A DNA stretch of 64,000 nucleotides. It comes from an uncultured Clostridia bacterium. Lineage in GTDB: Bacteria; Bacillota; Clostridia; Oscillospirales; Ruminococcaceae. The notes below the pieces were generated by a model. That model was not told where the DNA came from and did not search any database. It was given only the letters and a program-made list of their open reading frames with translations. Of this stretch, positions 1-7,732 are shown piece by piece. The number at the start of each line of letters is the position of its first letter. Positions within the stretch are counted from its first letter, which is position 1. Both the position numbers and the translations under genes were made by a program. The DNA is taken from assembly GCA_947625335.1 (NCBI GenBank), contig CANQNY010000001.1:3924-67923 (forward strand), in the 5' to 3' direction.

Positions 1-440
1 CGCGCAAGCCGTTTTTTAACCGCCGCTTTGGACATTCCCGAAAACTGCGAGATTTCCTCGGGAGTGAACCTTGCCGCAATGTACATTACCGCGCACAGTC
101 TGTCGGCGTTTTCCAGCTCAAAAAACATCTGCTTTTCCTCTATGCGGTAATCCTGATTTTCGGGGTCGCGTCCGTATTCCTTGAAAAATGTCTTTATCCT
201 CGCGCAGAGAGTTTTCATCATAAACACGCAAAAAGCCTCCTCGCTGCGAAGATGACCTATCGCCTTAAACCCGTCGCGAGCCGCCCCCTGAACGGCGTCA
301 ATAGCGTCGCTGTCGCTTACCAGCGTGTAAAACGCGGTGTAGTACATCGGGCGGTATATCTTCTCGTACAGCCGCGAAAACGCCTTTGCGTCGCCGTTTG
401 CCGCCTGAGAGCTTAATTCCTTGTATTCCCGCTTATCCAT
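1..440 (-). CDS. ECF-type sigma factor-like protein (3' end runs off window)
   Basis: Manual translation from ATG at 440: MDKREYKELSSQAANGDAKAFSRLYEKIYRPMYYTAFYTLVSDSDAIDAVQ..., typical ECF region 1.2/2; RBS AGGGGG upstream; open to window edge. Confidence 0.7.
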   Translation of the reverse strand, partial: MDKREYKELSSQAANGDAKAFSRLYEKIYRPMYYTAFYTLVSDSDAIDAVQGAARDGFKAIGHLRSEEAFCVFMMKTLCARIKTFFKEYGRDPENQDYRIEEKQMFFELENADRLCAVMYIAARFTPEEISQFSGMSKAAVKKRLA

Positions 441-464
441 ATTTCCCCCTGCAAGAATTTGCTG

Positions 465-2240
465 TCAATCGCTTTCCTTGTTTACAATTGCAATGCCAAG
501 CTCCGCCAACTGCTCCTCGGACACGCCCGACGGAGCCTCGCTCATAAGCTCGGAGGCGTTCTGCACCTTCGGGAACGCCACCACGTCGCGCAGGCTGTCG
601 CACCCGCACATAAGCATAGCCAGTCTGTCAAGACCTATTCCCGCGCCGCCGTGCGGAGGAGCGGCGTATTTATACGCGTCAACCAAAAATCCGAATTTTG
701 CGGCAATTTCCTCGTCGGTCATACCCAGCATTTCAAACATATGCTGCTGAAGTTCCGGATCGTTAATTCTAATCGACCCCGAAAGCAGCTCCACGCCGTT
801 CAAAACAAGGTCGTAGCACTTTGCGCGGACTTTAGCCTTGTCGGTGTCGAGATACGGAATACACTCGTCCATGGGCATGGTAAACGGGTGGTGCATAGCA
901 AGCCATTCGCCGCTTTCCTCGTCGTACTCGAAGAACGGGAATTCCGTTATCCACAGGAAATTCCAGCCCTCCGGTATAATGTCAAGCTGTTTTGCAACCT
1001 TAAGCCGAAGCGCGCCGAGCGTCGGGAGGGTGATTTTATCCTTATCCGCGACTATCAGGGCAACATCGCCTTTTTCGCAGCCGAGAGCTTTCAGAATATT
1101 CTCAAGTTCGCCCTCTTTCATAAACTTCGCGAACGAGCAGGACGGCGCGTCGTCTACCCAGCGCACATACGCCAAGCCCTTTGCGCCTATTCCCTTGACG
1201 AACTCTACAAGCTTGTCGATTTCCTTTCTCGTAAGCACAGCAACAGCGTTTTTCGCGACAATCCCGCGCACCGAGCCGCCGTCTGAAACAGCGTCTTTAA
1301 ATACCACAAAATCGGTGTCCTTCACAACCTCGGAAATGTTGGTTATTTCCATGCCGAAACGGGTGTCGGGCTTGTCCGAGCCGTAACGCGTCATAGCCTC
1401 GTCGTATGTCAGCCTCGGCAGCGGGAGTTTTATATCCACGCCGAGAATTTCCTTATACAGGCGCTTTACGAACCCCTCAAGCATTTCGAGAATATCGTCC
1501 ACGTCCACAAACGACATTTCAAGGTCAATCTGCGTAAATTCGGGCTGTCTGTCCGCGCGTAGATCCTCGTCGCGGAAACATCTCGCAAGCTGGATATATC
1601 TGTCAAACCCCGAAATCATAAGCAGCTGCTTGTACATCTGCGGCGACTGCGGCAGCGCGTAAAATTTCCCGTTATGCACCCGTGACGGGACAATGTAATC
1701 TCTCGCGCCCTCGGGCGTGGATTTTATCATCATCGGAGTTTCAATCTCCAGAAAACCGTTCTCGTAGAAATACTCGCGCGCGCATTTTGCGATGTTGTGG
1801 CGCATGATAAGGTTATCCTGCAAGGGCTTTCTGCGCAGGTCGAGATAACGGTATTTAAGGCGCAATTCCTCGTTGGTTTTGGAGTCGGAAACTATCTCGA
1901 ACGGCGGAGTCTGCGCTTTTGAAAGAATTCTAAGCTCCGACACGAGAATTTCAAGATTGCCGGTTTTTATATCCTTGTTTACGCTCTCGCGCGGGCGAAC
2001 CGCGCCTTTTATCATCAGAACGTCCTCGCCGCGGACGGTTTTGGCTTTCTCGAAAACGGCTTTTCTAACGGTATCATCGAACACAAGCTGAACAATACCC
2101 GTTCTGTCGCGGAGGTCGATAAATATAATGCCGCCCTTGTCGCGCACTCTCTGCGTAAAACCGCCGACGGTGACTTCTTTCATATCAAGCGTAACCTCGC
2201 CGCAATAGCAGGTTCTTTTCATGCCCTTCATAGTATCCAT
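465..2240 (-). CDS. aspS: aspartate--tRNA ligase
   Basis: OB-fold N-term (FIDLRD), motif 2 YIQLARCFRDEDLRADRQPEFTQIDLEMSF, motif 3 APPHGGAGIGLDR. Confidence 0.98.
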   Translation of the reverse strand: MDTMKGMKRTCYCGEVTLDMKEVTVGGFTQRVRDKGGIIFIDLRDRTGIVQLVFDDTVRKAVFEKAKTVRGEDVLMIKGAVRPRESVNKDIKTGNLEILVSELRILSKAQTPPFEIVSDSKTNEELRLKYRYLDLRRKPLQDNLIMRHNIAKCAREYFYENGFLEIETPMMIKSTPEGARDYIVPSRVHNGKFYALPQSPQMYKQLLMISGFDRYIQLARCFRDEDLRADRQPEFTQIDLEMSFVDVDDILEMLEGFVKRLYKEILGVDIKLPLPRLTYDEAMTRYGSDKPDTRFGMEITNISEVVKDTDFVVFKDAVSDGGSVRGIVAKNAVAVLTRKEIDKLVEFVKGIGAKGLAYVRWVDDAPSCSFAKFMKEGELENILKALGCEKGDVALIVADKDKITLPTLGALRLKVAKQLDIIPEGWNFLWITEFPFFEYDEESGEWLAMHHPFTMPMDECIPYLDTDKAKVRAKCYDLVLNGVELLSGSIRINDPELQQHMFEMLGMTDEEIAAKFGFLVDAYKYAAPPHGGAGIGLDRLAMLMCGCDSLRDVVAFPKVQNASELMSEAPSGVSEEQLAELGIAIVNKESD

Positions 2241-2291
2241 AAATTAACCTCTTTTCTGCCTTACACGGCAGCGATATAATAATACACAATA

Positions 2292-2320
2292 ATTATACCA
2301 CATTTTCCAGCATTTTTCAA
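2292..2320 (-). promoter_or_regulatory. sigma-A promoter of aspS
   Basis: Minus strand TTGAAA-17 nt-TATAAT. Confidence 0.6.
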
Positions 2321-2353
2321 GAGGATTTGCAGAATTTTGGCAGAAAACGCAAA

Positions 2354-2441
2354 AAAGAAAGCCCCGCCTGTTTCGTCAGAGCCCTGTCAACAGCCACAAA
2401 GGCTAGTTGACAAGGCTCTTCCTCGCATCCGGGGCTTTCTT
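2354..2441 (-). terminator. long interrupted hairpin ending in a U-tract (terminator-like or structured RNA)
   Basis: AAGAAAGCCCCG...CGGGGCTTTCTT outer stem enclosing a GAGCC-TGTCAAC-AGCC inner stem; T-run follows on minus strand. Confidence 0.6.
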
Positions 2442-2455
2442 AAAGTCGATAAGAG

Positions 2456-3031
2456 TTATTTTTCCTGCGGCTTTGAAAGGCGCGGCTGACCGCAATGTAC
2501 GCAAAACCGAACTTCGGGGGCGTTTTGCTCGCCGCATTTGGAGCAAAACCAGTATTTTTGAACGGCATTCGCATTGGAATTTGCATTAGAATTTACCTGT
2601 TGAACCAAACCCGCCCGCGAAAGTGCGCCGCATCTTTGGCAACTGTATCGGAATTTTTCGTTTTGCGTGCCGCACTCGGGGCATTTCCAAAATTCGTCGT
2701 TTCTCTTCAGCAAATCGCGCGGGTCTGCGCTTTTACCGCCGCTGTTGCCGTTGCTGCCGCTTTCTTCCGCGCACGGGAGATTAGCCCTGTTCATTTTATC
2801 GGCTATCTGCTGCATAATTTGCTTACAGTCCATAACGTTATTTGCAAGCTCTACGATAACACCAAGCACACACGAAGAAAGCATGGTTACCACCCAGCCA
2901 ACTATCGTTATAAGAAATCCCAAGCCAAAGTTGTCAGTAGATTTACCTACCTTTACTCCGAGGATTAAAGAAGATATAGCACCTGCTATTATTATAATGG
3001 TCAAGACCCCCATAGCCATTCTTGTAAACAT
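2456..3031 (-). CDS. membrane protein with two C-terminal zinc ribbons
   Basis: Two N-terminal hydrophobic helices; WKCPECG..CQRCG and WFCSKCG..CVHCG; GGAGGG RBS. Confidence 0.8.
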   Translation of the reverse strand: MFTRMAMGVLTIIIIAGAISSLILGVKVGKSTDNFGLGFLITIVGWVVTMLSSCVLGVIVELANNVMDCKQIMQQIADKMNRANLPCAEESGSNGNSGGKSADPRDLLKRNDEFWKCPECGTQNEKFRYSCQRCGALSRAGLVQQVNSNANSNANAVQKYWFCSKCGEQNAPEVRFCVHCGQPRLSKPQEK

Positions 3032-3179
3032 AATAATTCCCTCCGAAATTTTTTGTCGGCTCTCGCCGCAATTACATTATAACACGCATTTTCTCAATTG
3101 TCAATAGTATATTAATTGAAAAATAGTTATTATATTATATTGTGATAATAAGAATAATGTCTTACAATATATTAAAGAG

Positions 3180-3527
3180 GTGATTGTGTTGAAAACAGGG
3201 TTTCCATACGGCGAACGGCTGCGAAGGCTGCGGCTTGAAAATCATTTTACCCAGGAGGAAATCGCTCTCCGTGCTGAAATTACCACCTCTTATTACGGAC
3301 AGCTTGAACGCGGAAAAGCAAATCCCTCGGTTTCTATGCTGGAAAAAATCTGCGCCGCTATGGGCGTTTCAATAAGCGATATATTTATTGACGAAAATGA
3401 CGATACTCTCGGAATAGACGCTCCCACAATGCAGATACTGCGCAAACTGAACGGGCGCTCCGAGCGCGAAAAAGAGATAATCCTCGAAATAATAAAATCC
3501 GCTCTGCGGCTCCAGAGCGAAAAATAA
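3180..3527 (+). CDS. XRE-family HTH transcriptional regulator
   Basis: LRRLRLENHFTQEEIALRAEITTSYYGQLERGKANPS HTH_3 signature. Confidence 0.9.
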   Translation: MIVLKTGFPYGERLRRLRLENHFTQEEIALRAEITTSYYGQLERGKANPSVSMLEKICAAMGVSISDIFIDENDDTLGIDAPTMQILRKLNGRSEREKEIILEIIKSALRLQSEK

Positions 3528-3568
3528 CCCCGTCACAAGCAGGCAAACCGCCCGTGACGGGGTTATTT
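3522..3568. terminator. bidirectional terminator between XRE gene and radC
   Basis: AAATAACCCCGTCAC / GTGACGGGGTTATTT inverted repeat between convergent genes. Confidence 0.7.
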
Positions 3569-4250
3569 ATTTTTTACCCAGCAGACCCGACTCCCGCAGC
3601 GACAACGTCGACTCGCTGCCGATTATCAAATGGTCTTCAAGCGTAATACCCACGGCTTTAAGAGCCGCCGCAAGCTGATTAGACGACGATATATCCGCCG
3701 ACGACGCCAGCGCGGCAGTTTCGGGGTGGCTATGCACCATAATGACGTACTCGCACCGCGACATCACCGCTTTTAAAACTATCTCACGAACGCCGACTTC
3801 CAAAAAATCATAAAAATTATCGCGGATAATGTATTTAAGCACCAGTTTGTGACGGCTGTCCAAAAACAACACCACCCCAAACTCCCTCTCGCCGCCCGAA
3901 ATACCGCCAAAGTATTTCAGCACGTCCTTGGGCGATTCCAAGATGACGTTTTCGGCATGCGGCAAATCGTGATAACGGCAAAAATCTCCCAGAAAACGTA
4001 TCTTATAAGCGGCAGCCTCCGCTATCCCGTCTACCCCTGTAAGCTCCCCGACGTCCGCTGACAAAACGTTCTCCAAAGAGCCGAACTTTTCCAGCAGTCT
4101 ATGACTGATTTCGTTCGTATTCCCGCGTGGGAACACGCTGAACAACAATATCTCCAACACCTCGTGAGGCTCGAAACATTCTATACCGTTTTCGCGGTAT
4201 TTCTTCATCATGCGCTTTCTGTGACCATCGTGAATGTTCTTTTCCCCCAT
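3567..4250 (-). CDS. radC: RadC/JAB-domain protein
   Basis: N-term GHRKRM..E.LEILL with HhH; C-term HSHP...S..D...LEDHLIIG JAB motif; start set at ATG 4250 (RBS GAGGGA). Confidence 0.88.
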   Translation of the reverse strand: MGEKNIHDGHRKRMMKKYRENGIECFEPHEVLEILLFSVFPRGNTNEISHRLLEKFGSLENVLSADVGELTGVDGIAEAAAYKIRFLGDFCRYHDLPHAENVILESPKDVLKYFGGISGGEREFGVVLFLDSRHKLVLKYIIRDNFYDFLEVGVREIVLKAVMSRCEYVIMVHSHPETAALASSADISSSNQLAAALKAVGITLEDHLIIGSESTLSLRESGLLGKK

Positions 4251-4300
4251 AGCGTCCCTCAAACAAATAAAGTTTGACCCCAACGGTCAATATGAAAAAC

Positions 4301-4370
4301 AAAAAGGTCAGCACAAGATTTCTCGGCAAAAAGAAGACCGGAAATCTCTCTGCCTCTTGTAGCTGACCTT
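4301..4370 (-). terminator. branched hairpin with U-tract downstream of the tRNA pair
   Basis: AAGGTCAGC(T)ACAAGA / TCTTGTGCTGACCTTTTT on minus strand. Confidence 0.55.
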
Positions 4371-4486
4371 AATTGGCATCTAAACTTTACGAAAATGTAC
4401 GAAAAAATTTACATAATTTCCATACGGAAAACCATGCCCCGGCAAGATCAACGCTTACCGGGAAATGGTTGAGAGCATAGCCCTCG

Positions 4487-4561
4487 TGGTGACCCGTACG
4501 GGAATCGAACCCATGATGCCAGAATGAAAATCTGGAGTCTTAACCTCTTGACCAACGGGCC
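4487..4561 (-). tRNA. tRNA-Glu(TTC)
   Basis: Reverse complement GGCCCGTTGGTCAAGAGGTTAAGACTCCAGATTTTCATTCTGG...GGTTCGATTCCCGTACGGGTCACCA; anticodon TTC; encoded CCA. Confidence 0.96.
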
Positions 4562-4563
4562 TT

Positions 4564-4640
4564 TGGTAGCGGCAGTCGGATTTGAACCAACGACACCCTG
4601 GGTATGAACCAAGTGCTCTAGCCAACTGAGCTATGCCGCC
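4564..4640 (-). tRNA. tRNA-Met(CAT), elongator type
   Basis: Reverse complement GGCGGCATAGCTCAGTTGGCTAGAGCACTTGGTTCATACCCAGG...GGTTCAAATCCGACTGCCGCTACCA; anticodon CAT. Confidence 0.95.
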
Positions 4641-4666
4641 ATATATCGTCATTTCGTGACTAAATC

Positions 4667-4695
4667 ATTATACCACATTAAATTCTTTTTGTCAA
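4667..4695 (-). promoter_or_regulatory. sigma-A promoter of tRNA-Met/Glu operon
   Basis: Minus strand TTGACA-17 nt-TATAAT with extended -10 TG. Confidence 0.85.
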
Positions 4696-4824
4696 GCATT
4701 TTTTGAAATTTTTTTATAATCTCACCTAAAACGCGCTTTTTCTTATTATATTTGTGCAAATTGCACGAAATAAAGCTATATTTTTCTATATTAGTGTATT
4801 TTTTGAAAAATTTCGGAAAACCTA

Positions 4825-4853
4825 TTGACATTGGGAAATTATTGTGTTATAAT
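4825..4853 (+). promoter_or_regulatory. sigma-A promoter of tRNA-Gln
   Basis: TTGACA (4825-4830), 17 nt, TG-n-TATAAT (4848-4853). Confidence 0.85.
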
Positions 4854-4869
4854 ATTAAATGCTGATTAC

Positions 4870-4945
4870 TGGGGCGTCGCCAAGCGGTAAGGCAGTGGAC
4901 TCTGACTCCACCATTCCGAGGGTTCAAATCCTTCCGCCCCAACCA
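4870..4945 (+). tRNA. tRNA-Gln(CTG)
   Basis: TGGGGCGTCGCCAAGCGGTAAGGCAGTGGACTCTGACTCCAC...GGTTCAAATCCTTCCGCCCCAACCA; anticodon CTG. Confidence 0.96.
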
Positions 4946-4960
4946 GCAGGGCAATGCCCT

Positions 4961-5005
4961 GCACCATTTCCCAGCGGAGGTTGCTCTGCTGGGAATGTTT
5001 TTTTC
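4961..5005 (+). terminator. terminator after tRNA-Gln
   Basis: CATTTCCCAGCGGAG / CTCTGCTGGGAATG followed by a T-run. Confidence 0.7.
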
Positions 5006-5247
5006 TGTACGGATATTATGTAAATCTTTTTGCAAAGGTTACGCAAAAAGCTCTCTATGCTTTGCATAGAGAGCTTTTTCAGTTTATAGGGTAAAGTGTA
5101 TAGTGTACAGTATAAGAAATCCGCCTTCGGCGGATTTTTTGATTGTACCAAAGGGGAAAAGTTGCCGACCCTTATTTTCGCAGACAATCTAAACCGTCCG
5201 CGAAAGCGGACACCTTCTACTGTTTACTGTCTACCGTTTACTGTAAA

Positions 5248-5508
5248 CTATCTGTGCGGCTGCGGAGTGATTTCTTTCACTCGATGCCAAAGTTCAATCA
5301 AACGTTTTTGATACTCAACGTTTTTGTCATAATCGTTTTCTAAAGGCAGTTTGTGATAAATTTCATTTATTTCATTGTCAATTGCACGAATTTCTTCGGG
5401 TGCATCATAATAGGGATAGTGATAATTTCTGGAAATAAACCCGCTTATACTTGCGAACATCTCGTTGGAAATCTCGTACTTAAATGCTACTTCGTAAGGT
5501 GTATGCAT
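5248..5508 (-). CDS. small AT-rich hypothetical protein (86 aa)
   Basis: ATG at 5508 with AGGAGG RBS and upstream TTGACA/TATAAT-like promoter; MHTPYEVAFKYEISNEMF...; no family recognised. Confidence 0.7.
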   Translation of the reverse strand: MHTPYEVAFKYEISNEMFASISGFISRNYHYPYYDAPEEIRAIDNEINEIYHKLPLENDYDKNVEYQKRLIELWHRVKEITPQPHR

Positions 5509-5588
5509 AAAAATCCTCCTTGTCAAGTTGATTATATTATATAACATTTTGGGCGTATTGTCAACAGGTTTTTAACACTTTCTACTGT

Positions 5589-6479
5589 TTACTGCCTACT
5601 GCTTACTATATACTGTAACATATCAAGCGTCAAACTGTATCTCGCTTCGTCGCTCTCACAGCCCAGCACTATCGAAATATACGTTTTCCCGCCGCGCTCG
5701 AACGCCGCCGCAAGGCAATTCCCCGCGCGTGCGGTTGTCCCCGTTTTAAGACCTACAGCGTCCTCGGCGTAAAATTCGCTTTCGGGGTCAAGCAGCTTGT
5801 TGGAATTCGTCCATGTAATGCACTCCCCCGACTCAAAAGTCACAAACTTTTGCTGCGTGGACGCTATTTCCCGTATCTCGGGAAACGACAGCGAATACTC
5901 CGCGAGTTTTTCAACATCGCTTGCCGTGGTATACTGCTTTTCATCGTCCTGACCGTCGGGATTTACAAAATTGCTGTTTTCCATGCCGATTTTATTAGCC
6001 GTTTCGTTCATCAACCCGCAAAAGCACTTTACCGCCGCCTTATCCGAAAGCTCCTTTTCGGGATAAACCGCCCTTGCCGCCGAAACTGCAACAGTATACG
6101 CCGCGTCGCTGCCAGAAACCATAAGCATTCCCGTTATCAGGTCATACAGCGTAAGCCGCTGACCTTGTGAAATAAAACACACGCTCGCATGTTCGTTTAC
6201 AAGCTCCTGTTCCGTGCCGACGGTGAATATCTCGCCGGGGTCGACGTATTCCAGCGCGGTACACGCCGTCAAAAGCTTTGTTATACTCGCGCAGGATATG
6301 CGGGAGCTTTCGTTTTCGGCAAGCAATATCTCCTCGTCCTCCACGCAATAAAGCATTTTCGCCGTGGAAAATTCCTTTGCGGTGTAATGAGAATTCTCGG
6401 TATTATGCGCGCACCCTGCCAATGTTAATAATAAAACTAAAGTGCAGAATAATGCTGTTACTTTCTTCAACTTCTTCAT
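5589..6479 (-). CDS. D-alanyl-D-alanine carboxypeptidase (peptidase S11), lipoprotein
   Basis: Lipobox LAGC; SxxK (SITK); SGSD in place of SxN; KTG triad (GLKTGTT). Confidence 0.9.
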   Translation of the reverse strand: MKKLKKVTALFCTLVLLLTLAGCAHNTENSHYTAKEFSTAKMLYCVEDEEILLAENESSRISCASITKLLTACTALEYVDPGEIFTVGTEQELVNEHASVCFISQGQRLTLYDLITGMLMVSGSDAAYTVAVSAARAVYPEKELSDKAAVKCFCGLMNETANKIGMENSNFVNPDGQDDEKQYTTASDVEKLAEYSLSFPEIREIASTQQKFVTFESGECITWTNSNKLLDPESEFYAEDAVGLKTGTTARAGNCLAAAFERGGKTYISIVLGCESDEARYSLTLDMLQYIVSSRQ

Positions 6480-6543
6480 ATTTCCCCCTCTTTCGTTTCA
6501 ATTATAACACTAGGGAAAACGCCTGTCAACGGATTTTCCGAAT

Positions 6544-6585
6544 TGTAAGGGAAAAGCAAGAAGAATGTAAGAAAAATGTAAGATT
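6544..6585. promoter_or_regulatory. 11-bp-phased TGTAAG direct repeats (putative OmpR-type/VanR operator) upstream of the dac promoter
   Basis: TGTAAG 6544, AGCAAG 6555, TGTAAG 6566, TGTAAG 6577; dac -35 (TTGACA, minus) at 6524-6529, -10 at 6501-6506. Confidence 0.6.
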
Positions 6586-6642
6586 ATCACACAACTCCGA
6601 AAAAAACATATAATTTTTCAAGAGAATACTCTTAAATTACGG

Positions 6643-6771
6643 GAGCGTCTTAAGCAAAACGAGCAGGGTGCGCCAGATTCTAGGAAAAACGACGAAGTAA
6701 GGCTGTGTGCCTTACGAGGAGGTTTGACGACGAAGATGGTGTGTACTGCACGGTTTTGCTCTAAGGGACTC
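6643..6771. repeat. about 130-bp element with imperfect terminal inverted repeats (MITE-like or structured RNA)
   Basis: Left GAGCGTCTTAAGCAAAACGAGCAG versus right reverse complement GAGTCCCTTAGAGCAAAACCGTGCAG; internal hairpin GTAAGG-CTGTGTG-CCTTAC. Confidence 0.5.
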
Positions 6772-6805
6772 TTAAAGGTAAAATTGCATGTTTTTTGGAG
6801 GAACT

Positions 6806-7732
6806 ATGGAATTAAATATTAAAGGCGTTGACCTTTCATCTTATCAGGCGGGAATAAGCTATCCCGCACTAAAAGCGGCGGGAGTGAAATTTGCAATAAT
6901 ACGCGCGGGGTTTGCAGACTCCGCCGACAGCACGCTTGCCGACCACGTAAACGGCTGTACCACGCAGGGGATAGACTACGGATTTTACTGGTATTCCTAT
7001 GCGAAGAACATCGAAGAAGTCCGCGCGGAGGCTGCCGCATGCGTTGACATCATCAAAAATTACTCGCCCGCGTACCCTGTTTTCTTTGACGCGGAAGAAA
7101 GCAAAATTGCGCGCGAGGTCGGACGAACCGTTATGACGAATATTGCCTTGGAATTCGTGTCCGAGGTGTCAAAAGCGGGTTATTCCGCGGGCGTTTATGC
7201 AAATCCGAGCTGGTTTTTATACTTCTACGAAAAAGACCGTCTTGTCGGCAAAACCGACATCTGGCTTGCACATTGGACGGATAACCCGAACATTCCCACA
7301 AGATACGATTTCGGGCAGAAAATTTGGCAATGGGGAATAGAGGAAATCGACGGCATGGCGGTGGACGGCGATATTGCATATTACAACCCCGCGCCCGAAG
7401 ATAAAACTATAGACGAGCTTGCCGACGAGGTAATTGCGGGGCTTTGGGGCAACGGCGAGGAACGCCGAAAGGCTCTGACCGACGCGGGCTACGACTACGA
7501 CGCGGTCCAGCAAGCTGTAAACCGCAAACTTTCCGAAAAGGAAAACAACATCTCCGTGGGAGACCTTGTGCGAGTAAAAAACGGCGCGTCAACCTACAGC
7601 GGAGAACCTCTCGCGCCGTTTGTCTACAGCACCGTTTACACAGTATCGGAACTTCGCGGCGACCGCGCCGTTATCACCTACAAGGGGGAAGTTACCGCCG
7701 CCGTGAACGTATCAGACCTTATCCGTATCTGA
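6806..7732 (+). CDS. GH25 muramidase, endolysin-like, with Cpl-7-type cell-wall-binding repeat and C-terminal SH3-like domain
   Basis: GVDLSSYQ..I, FAIIRAG, GFYWYSY, FFDAEE, WLAHW, VDGD GH25 motifs; TIDELADEVIAGLWGNGEERRKALTDAGYDYDAVQQAVN CW_7 repeat; no signal peptide. Confidence 0.9.
   Translation: MELNIKGVDLSSYQAGISYPALKAAGVKFAIIRAGFADSADSTLADHVNGCTTQGIDYGFYWYSYAKNIEEVRAEAAACVDIIKNYSPAYPVFFDAEESKIAREVGRTVMTNIALEFVSEVSKAGYSAGVYANPSWFLYFYEKDRLVGKTDIWLAHWTDNPNIPTRYDFGQKIWQWGIEEIDGMAVDGDIAYYNPAPEDKTIDELADEVIAGLWGNGEERRKALTDAGYDYDAVQQAVNRKLSEKENNISVGDLVRVKNGASTYSGEPLAPFVYSTVYTVSELRGDRAVITYKGEVTAAVNVSDLIRI

Noticed and set aside
2354-2441. Hammerhead, glmS, T-box or group II intron DV match
   Set aside because: CTGACGAAAC lacks stem II between the hammerhead core strands; no T-box GGTGGnACCGCG and no complete glmS or DV pattern.
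3567-4250. radC as a marker of a mobile element at the tRNA
   Set aside because: Full-length HhH plus JAB chromosomal type; no integrase or tRNA 3' duplication seen.
6588-6614. Sigma-K promoter for the GH25 gene (CACA-15 nt-CATATAAT)
   Set aside because: Spacing is one base short of canonical and TATAAT fits sigma-A equally well; cannot be decided from sequence.
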